From Brevibacterium luteolum (lineage in GTDB: Bacteria; Actinomycetota; Actinomycetes; Actinomycetales; Brevibacteriaceae), in assembly GCF_013004595.1 (NCBI RefSeq), contig NZ_JABEMC010000007.1, positions 1 to 64,000 of the forward strand: a stretch of DNA of 64,000 nucleotides. Direction: 5' to 3'. The notes beneath the pieces are model-generated. The model was not told the origin of the DNA, searched no databases, and saw only the letters and a list, made by a program, of their open reading frames with translations. Positions 30,167-39,369 of the stretch are shown in pieces (the first letter of the stretch is position 1; every line of letters begins with the position of its first letter). Made by a program: the position numbers and the translations under genes.

Positions 30167-31933
30167 ATGACGACGTCACACGCATCCGAAACCACAGACA
30201 CCGCAGCTGCGAAGGAAGCAGCCGCGAAGCAGACGTTCACCCGCCACGACCCGGAACGCGTCGTGCGGGCTCCGCGCGGCACCGAGATCACGGCCAAGAC
30301 CTGGTCGACCGAAGCCGCCAAGCGGATGCTCATGAACAACCTCGATCCCGAGGTCGCCGAACGCCCCGAAGACCTCGTCGTCTACGGCGGCACCGGCCGT
30401 GCCGCCCGCTCATGGGAGGCCTTCGACGCGATCGTCAAGACTCTCGACGACCTCGAAGCCGATGAGACCCTCCTCGTCCAGTCCGGCAAGCCGGTCGGTG
30501 TGCTGCGCACCCACGAATGGGCCCCGCGGGTGCTCATCGCCAACTCCAACCTCGTCGGCGACTGGGCCAACTGGGAGCACTTCCGCCACCTCGAAGCTGA
30601 AGGCCTCATGATGTACGGCCAGATGACCGCCGGTTCCTGGATCTACATCGCCACCCAGGGCATCCTGCAGGGCACCTACGAGACCTTCGCCGCGGTCGCC
30701 CGCAAGCGCTTCAACGGAACCCTGGCCGGCACCCTGACCCTCACCGCCGGCTGCGGCGGCATGGGCGGTGCCCAGCCGCTGTCGGTGACCCTCAACGGCG
30801 GCGCCTGCCTCATCATCGACGTCGACAAGTCCCGCCTCGATCGCCGCCAGTCCAAGCGCTACCTCGACGAGGTCGAGACCGACCTCGAGGTCGCTCTCGA
30901 AAAGGTGCTCAAGGCCAAAGAGGAGAAGCGTGCGCTGTCCGTCGGCCTCGTCGGCAACGCCGCAGACATCGTCCCCGAGCTGCTCGCTCGCGACGTGCCC
31001 GTCGACATCGTCACCGACCAGACCTCGGCTCACGACCCGCTGTCCTACCTGCCGCTGGGTGTCAGCCTCGAGGACTGGCAGGCCGAAGCTGATGAGGATC
31101 CGGAGAAGTTCACGCTGCGGGCTGAGGAGTCGATGGCCAAGCACGTCGCCGCGATGGTCGGCTTCCAGGACAAGGGAGCCGAGGTCTTCGACTACGGCAA
31201 CTCGATCCGCGACGAGGCCCGCAAGGCCGGCTACGATCGCGCCTTCGAGTTCCCCGGCTTCGTCCCGGCCTACATCCGCCCGCTGTTCTGCGAGGGCATG
31301 GGGCCCTTCCGGTGGGTCGCGCTCTCCGGTGACCCGCAGGACATCAAGGTCACCGACCAGGCGCTCAAGGAGCTCTTCCCGGAGAACGAGTCGCTGCATC
31401 GCTGGCTCGACGCCGCCGATGAGTACGTCGAGTTCGAGGGCCTGCCCGCCCGCATCTGCTGGCTGGGCTACAAGGAGCGCCACCAGGCCGGTGTGCTCTT
31501 CAACAAGCTCGTCGCCGAGGGCAAGGTCTCCGCACCGATCGTCATCGGCCGCGACCACCTCGACTCCGGCTCCGTCGCCTCGCCCTACCGTGAGACTGAG
31601 GGCATGCTCGACGGCACCGACGCGGTCGCCGACTGGCCGCTGCTCAACGCCCTGGTCAACACCTCCTCGGGCGCGACGTGGGTGTCGCTGCATCACGGCG
31701 GCGGCGTGGGCATGGGCCGTTCGATCCACGCCGGTCAGGTCTCGGTCGCCGATGGAACCGAGCTGGCGGAGCAGAAGCTCACCCGCCTGCTCACCAACGA
31801 CCCGGGCATGGGCGTCATCCGCCATGTCGACGCCGGCTACGACCGCGCCGTCGAGGTCGCCAAGGAACGCCACATGCGCATCCCGATGAATCCTGAGCTC
31901 GACAAGCGCGACGAGGAATCCGCCGCGAACTGA
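30167..31933 (+). CDS. hutU: Urocanate hydratase
   Basis: [48 protein letters not shown]. Confidence 0.97.
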   Translation: MTTSHASETTDTAAAKEAAAKQTFTRHDPERVVRAPRGTEITAKTWSTEAAKRMLMNNLDPEVAERPEDLVVYGGTGRAARSWEAFDAIVKTLDDLEADETLLVQSGKPVGVLRTHEWAPRVLIANSNLVGDWANWEHFRHLEAEGLMMYGQMTAGSWIYIATQGILQGTYETFAAVARKRFNGTLAGTLTLTAGCGGMGGAQPLSVTLNGGACLIIDVDKSRLDRRQSKRYLDEVETDLEVALEKVLKAKEEKRALSVGLVGNAADIVPELLARDVPVDIVTDQTSAHDPLSYLPLGVSLEDWQAEADEDPEKFTLRAEESMAKHVAAMVGFQDKGAEVFDYGNSIRDEARKAGYDRAFEFPGFVPAYIRPLFCEGMGPFRWVALSGDPQDIKVTDQALKELFPENESLHRWLDAADEYVEFEGLPARICWLGYKERHQAGVLFNKLVAEGKVSAPIVIGRDHLDSGSVASPYRETEGMLDGTDAVADWPLLNALVNTSSGATWVSLHHGGGVGMGRSIHAGQVSVADGTELAEQKLTRLLTNDPGMGVIRHVDAGYDRAVEVAKERHMRIPMNPELDKRDEESAAN

Positions 31934-31983
31934 GCCCGCCGAGGCGCACACTGACGCCTCCGGAGGGCAGTCCAGAGAAATCT

Positions 31984-32031
31984 GCGGAGCCACTCATCTG
32001 CTGCAGACCCGCAGCAGATGGGTGGCTCTGC
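31984..32031. repeat. ~21-bp-arm inverted repeat downstream of hutU (terminator or REP-like)
   Basis: GCGGAGCCACTCATCTGCTGC-AGACCC-GCAGCAGATGGGTGGCTCTGC, with two G:U pairs. Confidence 0.7.
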
Positions 32032-32074
32032 GCACATCGTCAGGTAACCGCAGGCCCGCCACACCCGAGGATCC

Positions 32075-32139
32075 GGAAAGTTAGCAAAGTTATTCATGGT
32101 TTCAGGCGCGAAAACCATGAATAACTTTCCTAACTTTCC
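32075..32139. repeat. AT-rich 28-bp-arm inverted repeat
   Basis: GGAAAGTTAGCAAAGTTATTCATGGTTT-9 nt-AAACCATGAATAACTTTCCTAACTTTCC, with one mismatch. Confidence 0.9.
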
Positions 32140-32250
32140 CCCTCAAGCCCACGTTCTCTCCCCTCAAGCTCAAGCCCGCGGGCCCCACCTGCGGAAAGCC
32201 GACTCGCCGGCGCGGAGCGCACCTGCAGGTCGAGCGCGTACATTGGAACC

Positions 32251-33225
32251 ATGGCCTGGGAATTCTGGATCGAAGAGGCACGCCGCGGCCGCTGGCGCGA
32301 GGTCGACGAACCGCACGCCGCCAGTGGGCAGCTGCGGGTGCGCACCACCGCCTCTGCTATCTCCCGCGGCACCGAACGCCTCGTGTGGGAAGGCCGGGTC
32401 CCCGACTCAGTCGCGGGTCTCATGGCCGCCCCCGCTCAGCGCGGCACCTTCCCCTTCCCCGTCTCCTACGGGTATCTGGCCGTCGGCACCATCGACGAGG
32501 GCCCGGCCGACCAGCTCGGCCAGCGCGTCTTCGGGCTGCTGCCGCACCACACCCATCACATCGTCGGCCCGGCTGACGTGCATCCCGTGCCCGAGGCGGT
32601 GCCCACCTCGCGTGCGCTGCTCGCCGGAGCGGCCGAGACCGGGATCAACATCCTGTGGCAGGCTCCGCCCCGATTCGGCGACCGCGTGGCCATCATCGGC
32701 GCCGGCATGATCGGTGCGGCCACCGCGCTGTTGGCCGACCGGATGGGGCTCTCCCGCCTCGAAGTCATCGACACTGACGCCGCACGCCGCGAGATGCTCA
32801 CCGGCCTCGGCCTGTCCACCGCGACCCCAGATGAGGCCAGCGGCGACTGCGATATCGTCATCCACACCTCGGGAACGGAAGCCGGCCTGGCCACGGCACT
32901 GGCCCTCACCGGCGACGACGGCACCGTCGTCGAAGCCTCCTGGTACGGCACCGACGCCCCGCGCGTGCCGCTCGGCGCGGACTTCCACGCCCGCCGGCTT
33001 TCGATCATCGCCAGCCAGGTCGGGCAGGTCGCCGCCGGCCAGCGCGCCCGCCGCACCCGCGCCCAGCGGCTTGGCCAGGCACTTCACGCCCTGCATGACG
33101 AGCGCTTCGATGCGCTCATCACCGGTTCCACCGACTGGTCCGAGCTGCCGGTCGTCATGGATCGCGTGCTCACCGACCCCGCCAGTCTGTGCCACATCGT
33201 CGACTACCGCAGCCTGCCCTGCTGA
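32251..33225 (+). CDS. MDR-family (threonine dehydrogenase-like) oxidoreductase lacking canonical Zn ligands
   Basis: SAISRGTE and SYGY replace the C..D/GHE motifs; Rossmann IGAGMIG; EASWYG. Confidence 0.85.
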   Translation: MAWEFWIEEARRGRWREVDEPHAASGQLRVRTTASAISRGTERLVWEGRVPDSVAGLMAAPAQRGTFPFPVSYGYLAVGTIDEGPADQLGQRVFGLLPHHTHHIVGPADVHPVPEAVPTSRALLAGAAETGINILWQAPPRFGDRVAIIGAGMIGAATALLADRMGLSRLEVIDTDAARREMLTGLGLSTATPDEASGDCDIVIHTSGTEAGLATALALTGDDGTVVEASWYGTDAPRVPLGADFHARRLSIIASQVGQVAAGQRARRTRAQRLGQALHALHDERFDALITGSTDWSELPVVMDRVLTDPASLCHIVDYRSLPC

Positions 33226-33235
33226 GAGGAGAGCC

Positions 33236-33655
33236 ATGTTCCGCCTGAGCATCAACGACCACATCATGATCGCCCACAGCCTGCCCGACCCGTTCTTCGG
33301 CCCGGCGCAGCACATGCACGGTGCCACGCTCGCCGTCGAGGCCCACTTCGAGACCGCCGAACTCGACTCCCACGGCGTCGTGCTCGACATCGGCCGGGCC
33401 GGTGAGATCCTCTCCGCGGCCCTCGACCCGCTGCGGTATGCCAACCTCGACGAGCACCCCGACTTCGCCGGGAAGATCTCGACGACCGAGGTCATCGCCG
33501 CCCACATCGGCAACCGTCTGCGCGAAGCGCTCGCCGACCGGCCCGACATCAGCATCGCCGTGACCCTCGATGAGAACCCCAACGCGCGGGTCACCTACAC
33601 CGTCCCGCCGGCGCCTACCCTGCACCCGGCTGACCCGGGGCCCCGGCAGGTATGA
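33236..33655 (+). CDS. 6-pyruvoyl-tetrahydropterin synthase family (COG0720) protein, non-QueD type
   Basis: HIMIAHSL..PFFGPAQHMHGAT, LRYANLD, STTE. The QueD CxxxHGH motif is absent. GAGGAGAG RBS. Confidence 0.88.
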   Translation: MFRLSINDHIMIAHSLPDPFFGPAQHMHGATLAVEAHFETAELDSHGVVLDIGRAGEILSAALDPLRYANLDEHPDFAGKISTTEVIAAHIGNRLREALADRPDISIAVTLDENPNARVTYTVPPAPTLHPADPGPRQV

Positions 33656-35556
33656 GCTCCCGGCCGGTCCACCTGCTCGAACCGGCCCTCGGCCGAGCCT
33701 CCGGTGGGGCCCGCTACAACTGCGCCGTCACCGATGCCGCCGCCCGGCTGCGCCTGCACTCCGTGCCCGGCGGCTGGCCCGACCCGTCTGCCGCCGATGA
33801 GGCTCGCGTGCACGACCTGCTCGCCGAGCTCGACGGCCCGGTCGTCCTTGACGGGCTGCTGGGATGTGCGCTGCGCACCCCGCCGGTGTACACTGGCCCG
33901 CTGCTGCAGCTCGTCCACCTGCCCCGTGGCCGAGGCGGTGGCGAGGCTCTCGCTCGTGAGCGCGCCTGCCTGCAGGTCGCTGATGGCATCATCGTCACCA
34001 GCCAGCACGCCGTCGAGGACATCGCCGGTCTCTACGGGCTGCGCGCCGCTGTCGCCCGGCCGGGGACCGAGCTTCGTCCGCTCACCGTGCCCGAGGCAGC
34101 GGGCACCCGCCTGCTGTGCCTCGCCTCTGTCGAGGAGCGGAAGAACCAGCTGCTGCTGGCCGAAACACTCACCACCGTGCAGGCAGCCATGCCGGATGCC
34201 GGGATCAGCTGCGTGTTCGCCGGCCCGATCACCGAACCTGACTATGCCGAGCAGCTGCGGCAGGCCCTGACCCGCCTGCCGGCCGGCAGCTGGAAGATCA
34301 CCGGCGAACTCGACGAACACGGCGTCGACGCCGCCCTCGCGGCCGCCGATCTGCTCCTGCTTCCCTCGGTCCACGAGACCTTCGGGATGGTCATCACCGA
34401 GGCCGCTGCCGCCGGCATCCCCGCGTTCGTCACCGCAGGCACCGGCGCGCAGGAGGCCCTGCAGGCGGGCCGGTCCCTGCCGCCGGAACCGGGAGCCTGG
34501 GCTGAGGCACTCATGGCATGGCTCGGCGATGAGCATGACCGCACCCAGCTGCGGGAGCAGGCGCAGCGCACCCGCAAGGATCTGCCCGGGTGGGACGAGA
34601 CCGCGGCGGCGCTGCTTGCTGCCGTCGATGCGGTTGCTCGTACAGCGGATGCGTCTGCGGCTGGCCCGTTCTCTCCCGAACACGGGGACTGGCTCGACAT
34701 GCGCATCGCGTATGACAACACCGCGCGCACTGCCTCCCTGCCGCTCGTCGACGCCGCGCTCGAGGCGGTGGCAGGCCGCCGGGGGACCGCACCTGCCGCT
34801 CCTGCCATGCCGGCTGCTCCTGCCGTGCCGGCTGCTGAAGACCGACGGCTGCGGATCTGCGACATCGGCGCCGGCACCGGCAACTCCGCACTCTGGTTCG
34901 ACTCCGCGTTCGGCGAGCGCGGAATCACCGACCGGACATGGCTGCTCATCGACGACGACCCAGACGCACTCACCCAGGCTGCTGCCCGCATCGGGGCTAC
35001 TCCCGACCGCCGCGCTGAGACCCGGCGCGCACCGATCGCCGAGCTGCCACGCATCCTCGACGTCAGCCAGCCCGTCGACCTCATCACCGGCAGCGCCGTG
35101 CTCGACGTGCTGCGCCCCGCTGATGCCGCAGCCCTCGTCGACACGCTGGCAGCGACCGGGGCGCCGGGTCTGTTCCTGCTCACCATCACCGGCGACTGGC
35201 ACCTCAACCCCGTGCACCCGGCAGACCGACAGATCGCCGGTGCCTTCGCCGCTCATCAGCAGCGCGAGGGCCGGCTCGGTGCCGCTGCCGCTTCCCACCT
35301 GCAGGACGCTGCCGAAGCCGCCGGCATGCGCGTGCAGTCCACCGCCAGCCCCTGGCAGCTCAGCGCCCGTGAGGATCACGTGTTCCTCACCCGGTTCCTC
35401 ACCGACCGCGTCACCGCTGCCAGCGAACAGGATCCCGGCTCCGCGGCCCTCTTCTCCGCATGGCTGGGCGACCGGCTGGCTGACGAGACACTCACCGTCA
35501 CCGTCGACCACCGCGATCTGCTCATCCTGCCCACCACTCCAGGGGAGGGGCGATGA
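33652..35556 (+). CDS. GT4 glycosyltransferase fused to a class I SAM-dependent methyltransferase
   Basis: N-terminal SGGARYN, RKNQ, PSVHETFGMVITEA. C-terminal WLDMRIAYD, ICDIGAGTGN, DLITGSAVLDVL, DHRDLL. Confidence 0.85.
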   Translation: MSSRPVHLLEPALGRASGGARYNCAVTDAAARLRLHSVPGGWPDPSAADEARVHDLLAELDGPVVLDGLLGCALRTPPVYTGPLLQLVHLPRGRGGGEALARERACLQVADGIIVTSQHAVEDIAGLYGLRAAVARPGTELRPLTVPEAAGTRLLCLASVEERKNQLLLAETLTTVQAAMPDAGISCVFAGPITEPDYAEQLRQALTRLPAGSWKITGELDEHGVDAALAAADLLLLPSVHETFGMVITEAAAAGIPAFVTAGTGAQEALQAGRSLPPEPGAWAEALMAWLGDEHDRTQLREQAQRTRKDLPGWDETAAALLAAVDAVARTADASAAGPFSPEHGDWLDMRIAYDNTARTASLPLVDAALEAVAGRRGTAPAAPAMPAAPAVPAAEDRRLRICDIGAGTGNSALWFDSAFGERGITDRTWLLIDDDPDALTQAAARIGATPDRRAETRRAPIAELPRILDVSQPVDLITGSAVLDVLRPADAAALVDTLAATGAPGLFLLTITGDWHLNPVHPADRQIAGAFAAHQQREGRLGAAAASHLQDAAEAAGMRVQSTASPWQLSAREDHVFLTRFLTDRVTAASEQDPGSAALFSAWLGDRLADETLTVTVDHRDLLILPTTPGEGR

Positions 35557-36491
35557 CCCAGGTGCCCGGCACCTCGGCGGCGGCCCGCACACGCACCGGC
35601 TCGCGCGCCTTGCCAGCAGGCGAGGCGCCGAGACGCACGCGAACCCAACGGGGTGGGCGGTGGATGCGTGTGCTCGCAGTGATCGCCAGTGTCGTGCTGC
35701 TCGTCATCACCGCCCGGCTCATCGGCGCGCAGGCGCTCACCGCCGGATTCACCGCGCTCGGGCCAGTGAGCGTCCTCGCCGCCGCTGTGCTCGGGTTCGC
35801 AGCCACCGGTGCGCAGGCTCTGCGCTGGCACCTGCTCGCCGCCGCCGGCGGGATCCGGCTCGGGCTCGGCCGGGCGCTGGCCGACTGCTACGCCTCCAGC
35901 TTCGCGAACATGGTGCTGCCCGGCGGGCTGGCCGGCGATGCCGTGCGCGCAGCGGTCTACCGCGACCGCGGGCGCCGTCGCTGGCTCTCACCGCTCCTGG
36001 CGGTCGGGGCGGAGCGGCTGAGCGCGACAACGCTGCTCTTCGCAGCCGCCGCCGTCATCCTCTCGCTGCACACCTCGCCGGCGCTCATCGCCGCAGCCGC
36101 AGCTGCGACTGTGTCCTTCGGATGTGCGATCGCCGCCGTCGTGTGCATGCGCGGAATGGGCACCCGCCGGCAGCTGGTCGTGTGGGCGACCTCTGCGCTC
36201 AGCGTGGCAGCACTCGTGGCGCTGTTCCTCGTCGCGATGCGCGCCCTGGGGGGCCGGATCGAACCGATCGTGGCGATCATCGGGCTGGCGGCGATGAGCC
36301 TGCCGGTCGGGGTCGGCGGGTGGGGTCCTCGTGAACTGTCCGTCGGACTGCTCGCCGGACCCCTGGCCCTGCACGCCGAATCCGCCGTCAGCGCCGCAAC
36401 CGCCTATGGGCTGCTCGCAACTGCATCGACCCTGCCGGGTCTGGCCGTGCTGCTGTGGCATTGGCTGCGCCAGCCGCGCCAGCAGGGCTGA
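35553..36491 (+). CDS. LPG-synthase TM / UPF0104 flippase-like membrane protein
   Basis: ALRW, FANMVLPGGLAGDAVRA, ERL, SLPVGVGGWGPRE. Confidence 0.85.
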   Translation: MTQVPGTSAAARTRTGSRALPAGEAPRRTRTQRGGRWMRVLAVIASVVLLVITARLIGAQALTAGFTALGPVSVLAAAVLGFAATGAQALRWHLLAAAGGIRLGLGRALADCYASSFANMVLPGGLAGDAVRAAVYRDRGRRRWLSPLLAVGAERLSATTLLFAAAAVILSLHTSPALIAAAAAATVSFGCAIAAVVCMRGMGTRRQLVVWATSALSVAALVALFLVAMRALGGRIEPIVAIIGLAAMSLPVGVGGWGPRELSVGLLAGPLALHAESAVSAATAYGLLATASTLPGLAVLLWHWLRQPRQQG

Positions 36492-36494
36492 GCT

Positions 36495-37850
36495 TCAGCT
36501 CTCCAGCAGTCCCGAGGTGCGCTGCTGGGCAGCCGCGCTGAGGACGAACTCCGTGCACACATCGGCGTCGAACAGGTGCCGCCGGAACGGCACCCGCAGC
36601 GCCTCGGCCATCACCGGCGAACCGGAGAACCGCAGCCCCGGCACCCCATCGCCGATGAGCACCGGCGCCAGGGTCAGGAACAGCCGGTCGAGGACACCTG
36701 CAGCCAGGAAGTCCGACACGGTCCGGCCGCCGCCCTCGATGAGCACTGCGCCCGGCACCTGCTCACGCACGACCGCCAGCACCTGCTCTGGCGACACCGG
36801 CGCACCGCCGGTCTGCGGCAGCCGGACGACGGCGACATGACCGGCCAGGTCAGCCGGCACCTCGGCGGCGGGACCGACCAGCCACAGCGTCCTGGCCGCC
36901 CCATCGGTGAGCACCTGCCGGTCGGCCGGGATCCGGGCGTGCGGGTCGAGCAGCACCCGCACCGGGTTCTCGCCATCAACCGCCCGCACGGTTAGCTGCG
37001 GGTCATCGGCGACGACAGTCTGGGCGCCGACGACGACTGCGGCGACAGCGGCGCGCAACCGGTGCAGATGCGCCCGGTCGGCCTCCCCGGAGACGAACGC
37101 CGCATCCCCGCTGCGGGCGGCGATGAATCCGTCAGCGCTCTGCGCCAGCTGGGCGACGACCTCGGCGCCGGCGGTGATCGCTGCGTAGTCCGGGCCCGAG
37201 GTGCCGGTCGCCTGGGCAGCCGCGACCGGCACCTCGGGCACGGCGCGCGGCCGGTCGTGGTGCATCCGGCGGCGCTTCGTGTCGAGGTAGCCTGCGTTCT
37301 CCGGCCGGTCGGCGACCGGGAGCATCCGCCGCTCGATCACCTCGATGCCGAGCGCTTCGAGCGCGGCGGCCTTCGTCGGATTGCTCGACAGCAGCCGCAC
37401 CCGGGTGATGCCGAGGGCCTCGAGCATCTGGGCGGCGGCGGTGTAGTCGCGAGCGTCATCAGGCAGGCCGAGGCGCCGGTTGGCATCGACGGTGTCGAGC
37501 CCGGCATCCTGCAGCTCATAGGCCTCCAGCTTCGGGCCGAGCCCGATGCCGCGGCCCTCATGTCCGCGCAGGTAGAGCAGCACACCGCAGCCGGCATCGG
37601 CGATCGCGGCCAGTGCCGCCTGCAGCTGGTCGCCGCAGTCGCAGCGATGCGAGCCCAGCGCATCGCCGGTGAGGCACTCGCTGTGCATCCGCACGAGCGG
37701 GGCGGTCGCAGCAGACGGGTCACCGGCGACCATCGCGACATGCGTGGTGCCGGCGGCGTCGAAGGCGTAAGTGGTGAAGACGCCGTGATCGGTGGGCAGC
37801 ATCGTGCGTGCCCGCTGGTGAAGCGCGGTGCCGGATTCGGAGATGGCCAT
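36495..37850 (-). CDS. GTP cyclohydrolase II fused to a RibD C-terminal reductase domain (no deaminase domain)
   Basis: VRMHSECLTGDALGSHRCDCG, HEGRGIGL, DARDY, LLSSNP; then AQSADGFIA, GAQTVVADDPQLTVR, IEGGG, APVLIG. Confidence 0.9.
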   Translation of the reverse strand: MAISESGTALHQRARTMLPTDHGVFTTYAFDAAGTTHVAMVAGDPSAATAPLVRMHSECLTGDALGSHRCDCGDQLQAALAAIADAGCGVLLYLRGHEGRGIGLGPKLEAYELQDAGLDTVDANRRLGLPDDARDYTAAAQMLEALGITRVRLLSSNPTKAAALEALGIEVIERRMLPVADRPENAGYLDTKRRRMHHDRPRAVPEVPVAAAQATGTSGPDYAAITAGAEVVAQLAQSADGFIAARSGDAAFVSGEADRAHLHRLRAAVAAVVVGAQTVVADDPQLTVRAVDGENPVRVLLDPHARIPADRQVLTDGAARTLWLVGPAAEVPADLAGHVAVVRLPQTGGAPVSPEQVLAVVREQVPGAVLIEGGGRTVSDFLAAGVLDRLFLTLAPVLIGDGVPGLRFSGSPVMAEALRVPFRRHLFDADVCTEFVLSAAAQQRTSGLLES

Positions 37851-37860
37851 GGATGACAGT

Positions 37861-38562
37861 CTAGGCCTGGTTGACCTCGGCGGCACGGCCGCGTTCGAGG
37901 ATGCGGATGTCGAGGGCGAAGGAGACGAGGAGGCTTGCCACCGCTGCGATCGTGCACACCCACCCGAAAGCCGGCACCGCCAAGCCCGGCGGGGAGCCAG
38001 CGGCCAGCAGCAGCGGGCCCTGGAAGGCGGCCACCGTTTTGCGCCGCCACGACGGCGGCAGCTCGGCTCTCCAGGCCGGCCGGATCGCGGCTCCAGCCCG
38101 GAACGCGAAGTGCGCCAGCCCGCTGATGAGGCACCAGGCGCCGTAGAGCGGCACGAGCGCTGCGGAGAGCACGAGCACGACGGTCGCGTCGACCTGCTCA
38201 TCGAAGCGGGCGCCGGCGGCAGTCGTGACGGTCGCCCGGGCGATGAGCCCGTCGACGAGGTCGAGGGCGAGCATCGGGATCGCGATCGCGACCGCCAGCC
38301 ACCCGAAGCCCGGGTCCGGGTGCACGGCGATCGCGGCGATGACGACAAGCAGCATCCCCAACCGGAAGCTGGTGACGCAGTCGGCCCAGTGCCAGCCGCT
38401 GGCCGTTCCCGAGGCGGTGGCCGGCTCACGTGGCGCGAGCAACGGCCACGCGCCGAGGATCCCGGTGCCGGCAGCCAGGATGACCGGCACCGTTGTGGCG
38501 GCCAGCCACCCGGCCGTGCCGAGTGCGACCGTGAGGATGAGGATGACGGTGAGCCGACGCAT
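37861..38562 (-). CDS. CDP-alcohol phosphatidyltransferase family protein
   Basis: Signature DLVDGLIAR...GARFDEQVD. TGATG overlap with the upstream gene. Confidence 0.88.
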   Translation of the reverse strand: MRRLTVILILTVALGTAGWLAATTVPVILAAGTGILGAWPLLAPREPATASGTASGWHWADCVTSFRLGMLLVVIAAIAVHPDPGFGWLAVAIAIPMLALDLVDGLIARATVTTAAGARFDEQVDATVVLVLSAALVPLYGAWCLISGLAHFAFRAGAAIRPAWRAELPPSWRRKTVAAFQGPLLLAAGSPPGLAVPAFGWVCTIAAVASLLVSFALDIRILERGRAAEVNQA

Positions 38563-39041
38563 CAGCACCCGCTTGACGGTGTGCCCGGGGACAAGTGGGC
38601 AGCCAGGCCGCGCTCGCCTGCGGCCATGACATGGCGGTGCGCCCAGCCGGCGAGCAGGCTGCAGGCGTTGACTGCGATTCGACGGGAGCACACCGCCCAC
38701 TCGAATGTCATCTGGGTGCCCGACCCATCGGGTGCGGCACGCCATGTCCCGGTGCCGGTCAGGTCACCGCTGACCGCCAGCTTCGCGGTATGCGGGGCGG
38801 TGGCAGACGTGAGTCTGAGCAGGAGATCGAGATGGAAGCCCAGCGGGCTGCCGACGACCACCCGGGCGCGGGTGTTCGGGGCAACCGTGCCGGTCGCAGC
38901 GTACAGCTGTGCCTCCCGTACGCCAGGCCACCAGGCTGGCCAGCCGTCAACGGCACACAGCGCCTGCCAGCACCGGTGCGTCTCAGCTGGGATCTGCCAC
39001 TGTGAGACGAACCGGTACCGGCGCGGCGCTGTGAGGGTCAT
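38562..39041 (-). CDS. SRPBCC/polyketide-cyclase-like (START-fold) protein
   Basis: YRFVSQW, CWQAL..VDGWPAWWPGV, SPLGF, GDLTGTGTW, HRHVMAAGERGL. Confidence 0.8.
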   Translation of the reverse strand: MTLTAPRRYRFVSQWQIPAETHRCWQALCAVDGWPAWWPGVREAQLYAATGTVAPNTRARVVVGSPLGFHLDLLLRLTSATAPHTAKLAVSGDLTGTGTWRAAPDGSGTQMTFEWAVCSRRIAVNACSLLAGWAHRHVMAAGERGLAAHLSPGTPSSGC

Positions 39042-39311
39042 CGTCCCAGCCTATGCCCAGGCGCGGGGCTGCCGGCACCGGAGTCGTCATTGTCCTGACC
39101 CTCGGGTAGGGACTCCCACGAAGTCGGCAGCAATGTGGTGGGGGAGCAGGTGAACGCCTTCTCCTGGGCCGTGAAGCCGCGGATGCGGAACTGCTGCGGG
39201 TTGCCCTTGAACGTCTGGAGCTTGTGCGCGAAGGCAGCGTCGTGCTCTGGGTTTCGCCGATGATGCGGCCCAGGGGGCGGACCCGGATCGGCGTGTGCGC
39301 TGCGGATGGCT

Positions 39312-39345
39312 CGAGGGGCCCAGCTCATCTGAGCTGGGCCCCTCG
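39312..39345 (-). terminator. Perfect 16-bp hairpin downstream of the TM2 gene
   Basis: CGAGGGGCCCAGCTCA-TC-TGAGCTGGGCCCCTCG. Confidence 0.75.
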
Positions 39346-39369
39346 GTATTCGGGTGTGCGAACAGTCTC

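Noticed and set aside
33236..33655. queD / deazaguanine DNA-modification (Dpd) system
   Set aside because: The protein lacks the CxxxHGH motif, and no queC, queE, folE or dpdA is nearby.
39038..39328. 96-aa minus-strand ORF as a cluster member
   Set aside because: Its start lies inside a terminator hairpin, it has no recognisable motif, and the downstream gene has its own -10 element. It may be a gene remnant but I cannot support that.
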